The notes beneath the pieces are model-generated. The model was not told where the DNA came from, did no database searches, and saw only the letters and a program-made list of their open reading frames with translations. From Dimorphilus gyrociliatus (lineage: Eukaryota > Animalia > Annelida): a stretch of DNA of 64,000 nucleotides. This document shows, in pieces, positions 49,750 to 64,000 of this stretch (within the stretch, counting starts at the first letter, position 1; the number at the start of each line of letters is the position of its first letter). The DNA lies in the NCBI GenBank assembly GCA_904063045.1, contig CAJFCJ010000044.1, positions 62,001 to 126,000 of the forward strand, in the 5' to 3' direction. A program made the translations under genes and the position numbers.

Positions 49750-51101
49750 ATAACAATTGAATATTTTGAATAGTTTCTTTTTTATACAATTCATCATTTT
49801 CACTTTTTGGCTTGAATGAGTGATAATTGAATTTTCTGCCAAATGAATATATAAATGGATTTAGTAGGGAGTTTAACTGTAAATCTCTTTTTTTATTTGG
49901 AAATTAGTCATCATTGTAGCTGCCTACAAAAGAAATGAAACATTTTTGTCTCTCTATTGACTTTGACCTTTTGTCCCTAGACTATTGAACCTAAATTATA
50001 AAGGAAAGAGGAAACCAAGAGAGAAAGTTAGTAGCAATGATAATAGAAGAATTTAGAGCCAGTTTAGTTTTTCTAGCTTTGAATTGTTTTTTATCTAAAA
50101 ATTGTCTTGATTCATAAACTTTAAAGAATATTTATATATATAAAACTAGAACAAGACAGGATGAATTTCCAATAAAATTCCCTCTATAGTGTAAATCCAC
50201 CAATCCAATGACGATTAAATATAGATTAATAAGTAGGTCAGCTATTGATAAATAGATAAAGGAAATATTTCATAACGTCCTCACAGAGCATAGTCTCTTG
50301 ACTAGTTTAAAAATATTACTGAAAAATCCTACAAAACCAAAAATCCATAGGAAAACCCTTTGGAATGATGACGAAAGAAGATCACTACAAGAACTGAATA
50401 ATGATTTATTCGGAACTCATTCACTAATATTTCCCAATTGCCAAAATATGCAACAGAATTTATAACAACTGGTAAACGATTTTTCAACTTTTCTCAAAAA
50501 ATCTAGATAGATTACAGCAGTTTTTTTCGGTAGAATTGAATGATTAAAATGGAATTCTTTTAGGCTCTTTAATGGTTTAAACGAAAAATTATGAATTGAT
50601 TTCCAGTGGCAATTCGCCATAATTAAAATCTCCAAATTATTTAAGCCAATCAGTGAAGAGGAAGAGATTTTATCAATTTTCGTACCGGACACGTCCAGAA
50701 AAAGTAGTATGTGAAATATTCGAAAAATTCAAATCATCCAATTGACTAAATGAACTTTTAGACAAAATGAAATATTGCAATAATTGAAAGTTTCCATAAA
50801 TTATATAATCTATTTTTGATACTAATTCTGTTCTAGTTAAATTTGAAAGGACGATATTAGGGAAATTTTGATTAATTGATAATTAAGTAAAATGGACTAG
50901 TTTGATTGCAGTCTTTAAACAATTCATTGCAGTTGGTAAAAAAACAAAAAAATAGTAAGAAAAATAGCAATTCTCTTCATCTTCCTTTGATAGACAATCA
51001 TATTTTCCATCGCAAATGTGAATCTCATTAATACAAATTTGATCTTTTGAGCATAAAAATTCAATTGTACCACAAAAATTGATAAATAGACATAATGACA
51101 T
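49750..51101 (-). pseudogene. Decayed, internally deleted LDLa-LRR-7TM receptor D
   Basis: LDLa CDGKYDCLSKEDE; LRRs (50417-50692); TM2-like YLSIADLLINLYLIVIG; TM7-like LNSLLNPFIY near 49850; stops and missing TM3-5. Confidence 0.62.
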
Positions 51102-51578
51102 ATTGATATCTAGACTTTAGATATAAATGAACTTTAGAATAACTTTTGTGGCAACTATAATGGAAGAACTTTATAAAGTCTTTTATAAGTGAACATTATG
51201 AAAAATGTTTTATATAAACAATTCATTCTAATGTGAATTTCAAACACATAATGAATAAACTGGAAAATTTATAATTCCAGTTTCAATGAAAAATTGATAT
51301 GCTGACTATAGTTTTCCATTGTAAAGTAGTGTATTAAATTGTTCAGTATTTCCTATTCAGCGTAGAAATTAATATTTAAACTGGAAATAAGTGGAAAACA
51401 TTTAAAATATTTACAGTAGCCTTTTTAATGATAAAGAGAAAAGGACCTTTCAAAGAATTGTTATGAATGTAATTAGCAACTGTATAATATTTGTTAAATG
51501 TAATATAAAGTGAATATCTCTGTGACATAATTCACTTCTCCTTTGTAATAATATCAGGGTTATCTTTCTATTCAAACT

Positions 51579-53770
51579 ATGATGAACATTATTCAAATTA
51601 TCACTCTTTTTATATTATTTCGTTAGTTTGTCAAGTTCGTCATTTGTTCTATTTTTTTAACATTTCTTCTTTAATTAGATATTCAAATTAGAAGCACAAT
51701 TTCAAATTTGGCCAGAAATAAACCAGCTTTCCAGAGTTCTACTGCAGTGTCGCTGTTTGGTACTGCATTTGTACCGGAATATGCAAATGATGATCATATT
51801 GAGATTTCCAATACAGCTGCCAGTATTTTACATATTTTGAAAATGTATTTAATAAGAAATGTTTTGTTTGTTAAAATAGGATGAAAAATGCTCAAAAACT
51901 GACATTAGTGTCACTTCAAAACAATGGTGGATGGTTGACCTTGAAAATGTATATACAATTGAGAAAGTTTGCCTTCTAAACATTAATTCTCCATCTTGTT
52001 TGTAAATTTAAATAAATAATTTTTAAATTCAAAAGATATTTTTCAGATTATCTTTTGAACAATCTGGAAATTACTGTTCATGATTCGATAGATGGTCCTC
52101 TAAAACTCTGCCAAACTGTTTCTTTAGCCGTAAAACAGCCAACTACTACTGATTTTTCGCAGTATAATTGTTATAATTGCCCAGAGAATTTAAATGGCTA
52201 TTTAGTTCGGATTTCACATCAAACTTCAAATATATCATTAACAATTTGTGATGTGTATATTGAGGGAAAATTTTTTGATGAAAAAGGTAAAGTGTTTGGT
52301 TGCCATGGTATTTATTTAAATATCATTATCTCTTTTAAATAGTTGAACATTTACTGCAAAGTGAGCATTTAGAATTAAGATACGGTGTTAACGACAACAA
52401 TGATGTTGATAATGGTGGCAAGAATGCAATTGATAAGAATTATACAACTATATTCCATTCAAAGACGCTACCTTATTCATATTCTACACCATATTTACTC
52501 ATTGATACAAAAGGTTTTCATACAGTTGTCGGGTTATTTGTCATTTTGTTGGAGAAAAATAAAGTTGAATGTTTTATCTGAGATAGTATCTATACGAAAA
52601 GGAAATCATTTATTTTGCAGATATTATACCCCGAGATAAATTCGAAGATATCTACGTTGCAGTCAGTCTTATACCGGAAACGATGTTTCATCAAAATCTG
52701 AAATTTTGTATTCGAAACTATCGTAATGAAGATATTTTGCAGTATCAATTGGCTGGGATATTATGTAATGAAACTCACACCGGAAGATATATAAATATAC
52801 TAAAATATAATTTCACTAATAATGAAAATGCATTCAAACTAAACGAAATTTTCATTTACACTGCTCAACGTAAAGATTTCAATTTAGCAGGTAATCAATT
52901 TTTAGTTTGATCTTTACATTCATTTTTTAAAAAGAGCATATCATATCTTTCCTTTATTCCAGAGTTCAACAGCAAAAGTAATATTGAATCAATGACACTC
53001 AATGGTGTTAGCAAAATTGTTCAATACATGAATGATGATGTATATCATCCATCAAATGGGCCTGGTTTACAATTACTAAGGCAAGCTGAACGTCTAGAAA
53101 TTGCAATGGAGACTTCCACTTTAAATTCAATCTGTTTAACAGGTTAAAATAATAATTCTATTATTAATTTATTGTAATGTATATTTTTCTACCAGTTTAC
53201 CATGCTCACCAATTGACCAACGATATCCTAATAGAAGTCGAAAATTTTGTAACAAAAACTCTTGTTTCTACTTCAACAAATGGCAATTTTAAATATGTTC
53301 ATACAGTTTGTTGTAGGTTTGAGTTTGTAATAACAAAACTGGTAAGACTTATTGGGCAAAATAGTCAAACAATTTCTGAAATTGACTTACAAGCTGTTCC
53401 AAAGTTATCTTATAGTGGTAACAATAGATTTTAACCAACGGAAAGAGTCTAATTAAATAATTTTAATTTTTCAATATTTGCAGTGGGAAATTTAAAGTGT
53501 CGCCACAATTTTTATAGAATAGAACTTGACCTAATTAATATTGAAAAGGATGAGAATGAACAATATCATGTAGTCATTATTGGATCCACGCATCATAAAG
53601 ATATAATTGTTATCTCAAGACATAGTAATCAAAATAACAATTTCAATACATGTATCAACAATCCAATAGATATTGGTGTCTTGATATTTCAGTGTAAAAA
53701 ATTGAGTACTACCCTTGAAGTTTACAGTTCTTTTCTATACAAATCTGCATTATCTATTCATATATTTTAA
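51579..53770 (+). CDS. Secreted multi-exon protein with tandem F-type lectin (fucolectin/FTP, galactose-binding-like) domains
   Basis: Signal peptide MMNIIQIITLFILF; NLARNKPAFQSST, CSKT..QWWMVDLENVYTIEKV, LTICDVYIEG; further repeats (NAIDKN..FHS..PYLLID; CNETHTGRYINI..LNEIFIY). Confidence 0.65.
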
Positions 53771-54430
53771 ATCTTTGTTCTTTCTTGATATTTGCTGATG
53801 TGAAGTTTTTTTTTTCATTTCTTTATGGACACTGTAAAAGTTTTTGAAACAATTTTCAATTTATTGAAAATATACTATTATTAAAAGACAAACTAGAGAA
53901 GTAATTGTAGAATTTCTTGACTTTTATTTAGTATGTTATACAAATTCAATAGGCCTATATACTTAAAAGAAAATAGTAGGGAGACTTTAAGTGTTTCCTA
54001 GCAGTTATAAATGATCAAAAAGAAATAGGCCTGCTTTGCAAGAGTCCATGGAAATTTCCAAGCTATACTATTACATGAAATACTCTCCCCTTCTCTGCTC
54101 ATTACTTTTCTTAGTTATAAGATATCTAGTATGACTATATAGAATAAGAGAAATACATATAAATGAATGAAAACTATTAGGTAATCATTTGACTAATTTG
54201 TCTTGATTTGTTTTCCTTTAATCAATAGCTTCTCCTCAACTATTGTATGTTTCTTTTAGGTGGAAAAACATCAAGCAATAACGGATAAAAGACTGAGAAA
54301 CGATATATTAATTTTCGGAATATTTGTTAGAAAATCTCTTCAGAAAAGAATTTCTATTTTGAAACAATTGTCAAAGAATTAGTCTGTTTTTTTTATCTCT
54401 TAAATCTTCATAAATACACTATTTTTACTT

Positions 54431-54837
54431 TTACTTTTTTGAATAAACATTCAAATTTAAAATTATAACTGTACAATCGGCATTGTTGTAACTTGCAGTA
54501 TGATGGTTTTTATTGAGTCTACTAATTCTTCTAGTCCAAAACGTATCTATCTCCAAGGAAACTAAATGTCGCTGTTTGTAAAATAGTACTGTAATATTAT
54601 TGTTTACCCACTCCATGGAGAATTTATTGACATGAAATAATAGTTGCTCCCTTTATTATATTTTGTTATGTTTCTGACATATGAGTTAGACAATTTATCA
54701 GCAGTCATTAAATTTTCAATAAAATCGTAAAGGTCTCCTCCTAGAGTTAGGGGTATTGGAAAGGCTATGTACAGGGTTAGCAAAAGCAGGAATTTGTGGA
54801 CGTTTTCTGTCGCAGACTTGATTTTGTATTCTGACAT
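54431..54837 (-). pseudogene. Frameshifted secreted-protein fragment, possibly discoidin/F5-8C-like
   Basis: Hydrophobic leader (FLLLLTLYIAFPIPLTLG), then SPW / WVNNNITVLF..LVSLEIDTFW in a shifted frame. Confidence 0.28.
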
Positions 54838-55059
54838 TAGTCCTGTTAGAATGTTTTTTATCCAGCTGGCTATGTATTTTTGAAGTAGGGAGAAAGGCTT
54901 TCTATTTATTTGGATTGGGTGTTGCTTTATGGCCAGGTAAACATGTCTAAAGCATATCTCTTCCCAATTCTTACAGAATTTCTTGAATTATTAAATGGTA
55001 GTGTTTCCTTGACCTAATATTACCTTATTTTTGCAATAATTTCTTTTGCAGAAAAAAGA

Positions 55060-55642
55060 ATGGAACAATCAACAAGTGAAGTAAAGGATCTACCACCTCC
55101 TTATAAGTCTATAAATGAGCAACAACCCCGGGAGCATATATTTTCTAATGCATATGATAGCGTAAAATTGGAAAATTATTATTTTAATATACAAAAACTA
55201 ATGAGAATAATTTATTATAGATAATTCCAAACTCTCAGCCCGATTCTCATATAGTTGGAATATCTTTATTTCAACCAACATCGAATGCGCCGGCAACGCA
55301 ACTTTATGTCCAGCATCCTAGTCATTTGATTGTTCAGAGACCATATTTGCCAGATACAATGGAAACAATATACAATATAACTTCTTTTTTGTATGCATTT
55401 TTTCTTCGTATCATAAGGTTCTAAGTATCATTGCGCTGGTATTCTGTTTTTGCCTTGGAATAGCGTCACTTGTAAAGAGTATTGCAAGCAGAAGAGCAAG
55501 AGACTTTGGCTATCTTGAAGAAGCGAGAATGAAAGCACAAGTGGCAAAGTACCTGGCGATTGCTGCTATTATTGTGGGAATAGCTTTGGGAACGATAGGC
55601 TTGTTCGTAAGGGTTATTATGACAGTTATCAAGCATAGATGA
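55060..55642 (+). CDS. CD225/dispanin-family (IFITM/PRRT-like) membrane protein
   Basis: PPPY N-terminus; exons 55060-~55161, ~55219-55361 and 55418-55642 give PDTMVLSIIALVFCFCLGIASLVKSIASRRA...EEARMKAQVAKYLAIAAIIVG, matching the CD225 pattern. The second intron lacks GT. Confidence 0.75.
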
Positions 55643-56707
55643 TAATAAAGAAAAGTATATATGAAATCTATGCTCTATAGCTAAAATATCAAATCAGATG
55701 CCACTTTCTCGATAGAGGAAAGTATTGTGAAAAAATTGTTCAGTTTATATTTATGAATAGTAGTCAATAAATAAATAAAGTGTATTAACAAGCAATGCAG
55801 ATATATCTAAGCGCATAATAAGCATAACTTCCTAAAGGAATATGTATTTTTCTAATACTTTTTACTAGAAATCCTATGGCCAATTTCTGTCTCTGGTTTG
55901 GGCAACTTCTGTCCCAGTTGGGGATGTTTTCTGTTATATTCTATTTGGTTCCTGTGCTTTCAGATCATTTTTCATTTCCTGATTTCATACAACTATTTGA
56001 AATGTCTCAAAAAGATTGATATGAACATGTTCCATCTTAATGAGCTATAGGCATAAAATCTTGTTTTGAAATTTGATATTAAATATTACATTAAGCAGTG
56101 TTTTCTATAAAAATGCAAATGTAATAAAAATATAATAATATATAAAATACTTTTAATGACTGATTCATGAAATTCGTGACAACAGAATTGATATTTTTTT
56201 TCTTTTCTTTTCTTCAGTTTATAAACACAACGATCGTACTAATACTGTAATAATTTCAAAATTGTTCATACATAAACCCAGCAGCAATATCATCTGATTA
56301 TTTCCAGGTCACCAAATGCATGGTTTAACCCTAACCCTATCCTAGGCCCTATCTTTCCCTGACCTCTTTAATTACCCCTAACCCTTAGATAGAACTCCCC
56401 TAACTACAAATCAATAGTCATTTTACTTGTTCTAGCCATTTTTCAATCCGAAATGTTGCTTTCAAAAATCTTACTTGGGGACGTTTACTGTCGGCCCCTT
56501 ATTTTCGGAATATATTCTGTCAAAGTAGTTTTCGTATTTTTCTCTAAGTAGCCTTTTGATGAATTTTCAATAAAATTTCATTTACTAAGACAGTTTGTGT
56601 ATTTACACAAATTAAATTATTTTAGCTTGACTGTCAGAAAGCCACTGATAACTTACAACTGGCGCCTTGGGGAAAAAATGACAAATGCTCTGTGATTAAA
56701 ATTATAT

Positions 56708-58021
56708 AAATAAAGTAGACGACATGTATATAGGCACACCCCGAATTCTGATAGGCCAATTTGTAATTAACGGTTAAAAATGTTTGTTCGCAGTAAAGTA
56801 TTTTTTTTTGTCTAAATTTATATAGAAAAAGAGTTATATTTACATAATATTACAGAAAATTTGACAAAATCATCATATTTTGTAAATATTATTAGCCAAA
56901 TATTTCTAGGAATTTTCATAAGTTCTTTCCTTATTTGGCCAAATGACACGATTATTGGCACACTTCCTTGACATCAGGTTTGGCATTCAAATAGACATCT
57001 CAAACAGCTTTTTTTCAACTTATTTGCTTTTTTAAGTTAAGTTTCTTAGTTATAGACTTTTTCAATTACTGTATATTATAGTTATAGTACTTTTTTTAAT
57101 AATGGTGTGGAGTAAAGATATTAGAGAGCTCGTAGTCAGAAAATATGCAGAAATAGGGAAATTAAGGGCCACGGCAAGGGTTTTAGGAATGGCATCATCA
57201 TCAGTAAGAAACATCATCAACTATAAAGAGCCAGAGCAAGACAATAGGGGCGGTCCAAAGAAGCTTTCAGACAGAGAGATAGCCAGGATGAAAAGGATCA
57301 TCAAGAAGCTGAAAGATAATAATGAAAGGGTGGCAGCAGCAAAGGTTTTGAAAGAATTAGAAGTAGATGTAAGCGTTAGAACCATTCAGAGGGAGCTAAA
57401 AAGGCAAAATTTCAAATACCAAAGAATCAGGCAAAGAACAGGTCTCACCTCTAAAGATTGTAACTGGCGAAAAGAATATTGCCTCAAAATGATTAGTGAT
57501 AATCTAGACTGGTCTAGAGTAATTTTCACAGACGAGGCTAGATTCTCACTAAGTGGACCTGATGACTTTAGGACCTGGACCAACAATAGCCAAGAGGACT
57601 TTAGGGTGACGAAAAATATGGGAAGAGGCGGAGTATTGGTCTGGGGGTTGATCACATCTGACAGCATATTCGAAGTATGGAGGATAAAGAAAAGATTAAA
57701 TGCAGAAATTTATAGCTCCTTCATTGTGGAAGATGTTCTTCCTGTTATAGAAGAACTCAAAAGATTATGTGCCAATAAACATGTCGTTTGGCCAAATAAG
57801 AAAAAAAAATTGTAAAATAATAGTAATTTTTATAAAAAAAAAAATATGTAAAAACTTACCTAAATGCTTTCTGAAAGAAACTTATATAATATTTCAGGTT
57901 TAATCTATAATTTAAGACTGAGAAAATAAAAATAATAATCTTTTTTCATAATGAAAAAGATTATTAATATTTCGCCTATCAAAATTCGAGGTGTGCCAAC
58001 ATACCTGTCGTTGACTTTATA
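56708..58021 (+). mobile_element. Tc1/mariner element with ~255-bp IR/DR-type terminal repeats, internally deleted
   Basis: Outer repeat 56708-56758 is inverted at 57972-58021, and inner repeat ~56928-56963 is inverted at ~57767-57802. Outer and inner share a.gaca.g..tat.ggcacac as a direct repeat. Confidence 0.8.
57102..57815 (+). pseudogene. Tc1-like transposase truncated after the first catalytic Asp
   Basis: HTH/paired-like N-terminus, G.PKKLS, VIFTDEARF and GGVLVWG. The ORF runs into the right TIR before the second D / D34E. Confidence 0.88.
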
Positions 58022-58809
58022 AAAAACCCAAAAGAATACAATGTTAATTCATACTCGCAAAAAGAAAATTTATCACAAAATTCTTTGCATTCATCTAAAT
58101 TTAAACCATATCTTATCAAGAGATGACCAATTCCTGTTATAAAAGGAGAACAAATATCGAAATTGATTTAACTTACCCAACTCTGATTCTTTGACAAAGA
58201 ATAAGAAAAATACTGCCAAAAGCGGACACTTTTTATCAAACAAGATATCAAATTTCTCTTTAGAGGTTTCAAGCTATATAATGACAGCTTTCAACTTCTC
58301 ATTTCCATTTATAGGTGAATAAAGAAGCTTTCTATAGGCTTTCTCAAGCTTTAGATCTGTTTCTGATTGCACATTAGAAATAATTCAAAACACATTTTAT
58401 TGAAAACATAAATATTTCATTGTATTCTTGTGAACTATTCTGTCAATAAAAATTGAACATTTGAAATTAGACTTGATAATTGTTAAATAAATTTTTAACG
58501 AAAAAGAGAATGGCTCTGATAATTAGAGATAAAAATTAGATGAGAATATAAAAAGTAGCACGGACGCAAATCATGGAGAATTTGCTGAACTTTTAGAATT
58601 AGCAGAAAGGAAGCTACTAAGACAATTAACTGTTTTGCAAAACTTATCCAGCGGATCAAATTTTCCGTATATTCCAATATTAGATTTCTCTCCAAATTCA
58701 CATGAAAGTTCCGTAATGGAATATCATTTTGTCTTTCTTTGCGAACACAATCAGGTAAGGTAGATTCAGTGAAAGTTAATTTAAAATACACCATTAAAAC
58801 TTTGTTCAG

Positions 58810-59373
58810 GGTTAGCATCTACCTGAAAATCACCTAGTTAAATGGAATATTCCACTTAAAAGCAAAGAAGCTGAAGAACATATAAGAGAATGGTCTGCTT
58901 ATTTGGTTAGAATTTATGCCATTCTCCAGTACAATAATATTCCATTAAATGTTCTGAGGAGTAAAGAAGGTCAAAGTTTTATTGAACATTTGCAGATGGC
59001 CGTTTCAAAGAAAAGCTTCAGAGATAGCTATGTGTCCCTGTTGGAATCAATAGCTAATAAAATGGATAATCAATATACTACTAGTCTACCAAATACTCTA
59101 TCTAAATGCCAGATATACAATGGAAAACTTCTATGGCTATGTAACTATCACCAGAAACAACCAAGGGTAACCATCCTTCAGTCTGATGAAACAAATTTCA
59201 CTCCAGGTTCTAACATAAATAATGAAGAAGTACTACTTGAAAAAATTAAAGGACAGAATAAACAGAAAATTGTAGAAGATAAAAATTTTCAACATTTAGA
59301 AAATAATCTTTTAGATAAAGCGGAAAAGAAAGAAGATAAAATGATTACAAATGATACTAAAAAAACTAAATAG
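58810..59373 (+). CDS. Hypothetical coding fragment of unknown function
   Basis: Open frame of ~185 codons with protein-like composition; no start context or domain recognised. Confidence 0.3.
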
Positions 59374-59430
59374 TAGGAATTTCTGCTTTTTCAGAACAGT
59401 GTTCATCCTTTTGAATAATTGATGAACTGA

Positions 59431-59513
59431 CCAAAGTACTGGTCCTCTTAGAACCCTTTAAGTTCGTCCACAATCAGTATCAACAAATGTAATTTTGGTA
59501 GAACTGAACTGAC
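59431..59513 (-). repeat. Diverged internal fragment of the gypsy LTR
   Basis: ccaaagtactggtcc..tagaacc.ttaagttcgtccaca...caacaaa.g.aattt.ggtagaa matches 13996-14080. Confidence 0.7.
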
Positions 59514-60900
59514 AAGTTGGGGTAATGTATTTCGTTTTATACATTTCCAAAAGCTTGGGTTGAATTGGTGAAAGGATTAGGAGGGCAAAATGTAGCAGTC
59601 TTATAATCTACAAGTAACAAAAATATGAAAGACTATTATATCACACACATAGAATACAATGATGTGCCACTGCAGCACAGACCTGCTTGGGTAGCATCTG
59701 GTATTGCCTAAGATGTAACAAATTTGACATGCATCTTTTCTATGTTCTTTGTTCCTTTGTTAACTGCATAGTGGCTCCATCTAATATGGGCAAACAATCT
59801 ATTTCTGAAGTTCATTTATATCTAAAGTCTTGATATCAATATGTCATTATGTCTAAGTGTACATACATTTTGATAGAATTGATGAGAAATCAGGCAATAA
59901 TCCATCAGTTTTCCGATTCCCTGCTGCCTTCAATGTATCTACTAGAAACCAGTCTATCTTAAACTCCTAATATCAGAAATAGATACTAAAGAGCAACTTG
60001 GAGAAGTAGAGTAATATTTGACATCTTTGAATACTTTTCCTTATCTTTCTAAGTGATGTCGCTGACTGAATTTATCCAATTACTGCTTTAACTCTTATCT
60101 TTGCAGTCAACAACAAAATCACACGTACGATGAACTGCAATTTCTCCTCACCCAGCTAAACATTGAAATTTATAACCAATTGTACAATTCATCTCGTTGC
60201 TTTTATCATTGCAGTCATAGAATGTATCACAAACATACATTTAATATTCATGCAATCAGATTGGTATGTACAAATGTTAGTTCCATTGCAGTTGGGTGTG
60301 TCTGTGAAGTACTTTATGTAATTGTTTCTCTCTCTCTTTCTCACTCTTTCTCTCTACCAAGCTGTCTCATATGTAAGATAATGATAAGCTTTTATTAGCC
60401 GCTCCCCAATCTTTTTAATAACAGGAACCAATGCCTTTTAATTTTATGAAATATGTTTTGAATCATTTTAAAAAGTTCAAGTAAATCATTGAATTTGTTG
60501 AATATTCAAGAAAAATCAAATTTGATACAAACCACAAATCGCCGTCAACTAATAAATTTAAGGGCTAGGGTTAGGTTTGTCTGTTAGCAATGATCTGCTA
60601 CTTTCTCTTGAAAAGAGTAATCTATTCTCTTTCAGTACTCTTTGTTCATTGGCTACTTATCATAAACTCTACACGTTTCATTCAAATGTGTTATATTGAA
60701 GGTTAATTAGCTAAGTTTGTCATTCTTTTTCAGTGAACAAACAAGTCAATCGTCGTCTTTCAAAGGATTATGCTGAACAACTGACAGATGGCAAGCTTTT
60801 TATCTGTTTTAAAGAAATTACAGAGTAAATCTTAAAATTATAAGATAAAGAAGGCCAAGGCCTGAACTTTCGGATAGGCTTACCTATGAGCAATACCGAA

Positions 60901-60908
60901 TGACGTCA
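60901..60908. promoter_or_regulatory. Consensus CRE palindrome TGACGTCA upstream of the GMDS copy
   Basis: Exact 8-bp CRE/ATF motif ~165 bp upstream of ATG 61073; function unproven. Confidence 0.3.
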
Positions 60909-61072
60909 TATTGCTTTATAGTAAGTAGCTATAAACTTGTAGTCAATAGTAGATCATCTATATAATATGACCTACACATGCGGTCCATGCGACAGACTGC
61001 TATATGAGAAGCAATCTATACTGAGTTCACTACACAGACATTCGGTTTAAAATTGTCATTCTTCTTCTTAAC

Positions 61073-62357
<1,285 letters not shown>

Positions 62358-64000
62358 AGTCTCCTTTAGCTCTATCATTTCTTCAAGAAAATCTTTACGA
62401 ACTTTTCAAAATTCTTCTATGAAACATTTCCATTTGGAACAGAATAGGCAAATCATTGTCTATGTCTGTTCTTCGCTTATCCTATCATTCAGGTGTCAAC
62501 CCTGGGGTTTAGTTTTTTGTCAATAGTGTCTACTCTCTATTTTGTACTCTTTCGGATAAGAATTGGTCTATTCAATACAAATTGTTCTTATGAAATATGA
62601 AAATAAATGGCGCCATCTAAAAGGTACAAGTACCAAATACATTTGATCCTAATTCACTCTAACCACTTCTCTTAGAAATTTTCATAATTTCTAAATCTAA
62701 GAAGATAGGAGATGTAGATTGTTCTTTCTATCTATCCAACAATCAGGTAATAATTTGGAATGATAAATTCATCATTAAATGTAAATTTCAAGAAGATATG
62801 GGTTGTATACTCTAGTCATACCTAGTCAAATTGGAATTCAGTACAAGAATTCACATTCATAGATGGAGATTTACAGAAGAATGATAAACTATTCAATTTG
62901 TTTGAATTCAATTTTATAAGAGAAGTTGTAGGGTTGTAAGTCTAACCAAAAAGAGAAAAGAGAGAGGAAAAATGAAATTGTAATACAAACTTTCTTTCTT
63001 AAAGATTACTTGTAATATGTTTTTTATTCATAATCATGTCCATTGAAGCTTTCTACTACCGAAATAGGTAAAATTTAATCAATTAAATAATTCAAATTAT
63101 AGATGACCTATTTCTTTGTTACAGGCAAACACAGGCTAAAACTTGGAACTACTAGTAATAAGTATTAGTATCATCTCCAAATTTTACATTTATACTTTTA
63201 AAATCAGATTTTACAACTATGTGTCCTTGAATAGCACTTCTGCAAGTTGGACATTTAAATTTTGGCAGATTCTGCAGACACTTTTCACAGCAGACAAGAT
63301 GATTACAAGGCATCAGTAATATATTAGCCAAATTATTAAATCTAAAAGGGATTACTCAATGTTTTACATAAGCAAAGAGCGATAGGTATTGCTTATATTC
63401 ACAAGAGAAATAAGTCAGACAGCTAATTCTACCATTTGGTACGTTTCCATTCAAAATGCAAACTTTGTCAACAGTATCTACTTTTTCTAAGTCATAGGTC
63501 CACCTAGTTAATCAATTTCTGTCTCGTTTATTTAAATATACCAAAAAACAACATTATCATTCAGTTTACATTGATAAACCTTACAATTGTCATGTGATAT
63601 AGAGTTCAATTAGTGAAAGAGTGAAAGGAAACCAGTCAAGAAAATCCTTGAACCATCTGTTTGAATTTATTCACAATTCAATGCTTTTGTAGTATCTTTG
63701 ACAAATACCTTTTACCCTTTTTAAACAGGAATAGCCATTTAATATTAAGGGTGAAGGTGATAGGAAGCAACACAAATTTCTGTATGGATAATTCTACAAT
63801 CTGTGTATTTCGTATTCGCATATTTGCATATTTTCATCAGTTAATCCAAATCCCTTAATATAAACAGCTTGGCAATGTTGAGAATTACAACTGCAAATAT
63901 AATTACAATACGTATCATCTCCAGTAGTCACGTGACACGTATTAAAAATGCCAAAAAATTCGGGGTTAACTTGTAAATCGTGGGGAACGTAGGCAAAAAC

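Noticed and set aside
62970-64000. Possible gene fragments at the window end
   Set aside because: Splice-like signals are present but there is no sustained open frame or recognisable domain.

Overview
AT-rich eukaryotic genomic DNA from a compact invertebrate genome (introns typically ~55-70 nt). A lophotrochozoan, possibly an annelid, is my inference from the gene content. No bacterial features are present. The window is a receptor- and transposon-rich accessory region. Genes: three long LDLa-LRR-7TM (GRL101/RXFP-like) receptor genes plus a decayed fourth; a ~6.8 kb apparently intronless NACHT-LRR (NLR) gene with a large LRR array and several lesions; an orphan class A GPCR; a tandem F-type-lectin-like gene; a CD225/dispanin gene; a PAN/apple ORF fused tail-to-tail with a truncated Delta/DSL-EGF gene; and a disabled GDP-mannose 4,6-dehydratase copy. 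Mobile DNA: two Phantom-like MULEs with PHD+FLYWCH transposases; a truncated Ty3/gypsy element (LTR, PBS, gag-protease) plus a solo LTR and LTR fragments; an IR/DR-type Tc1; and several non-autonomous repeats. The most notable non-obvious signal is a dispersed ~300-nt non-coding repeat carrying a minimal type I hammerhead ribozyme. Two copies (6536-6594, 34853-34913) show a compensatory stem II change, and a third copy starts at about the cleavage site. Multi-exon gene boundaries are hand-assembled and approximate, and no database searches were run.
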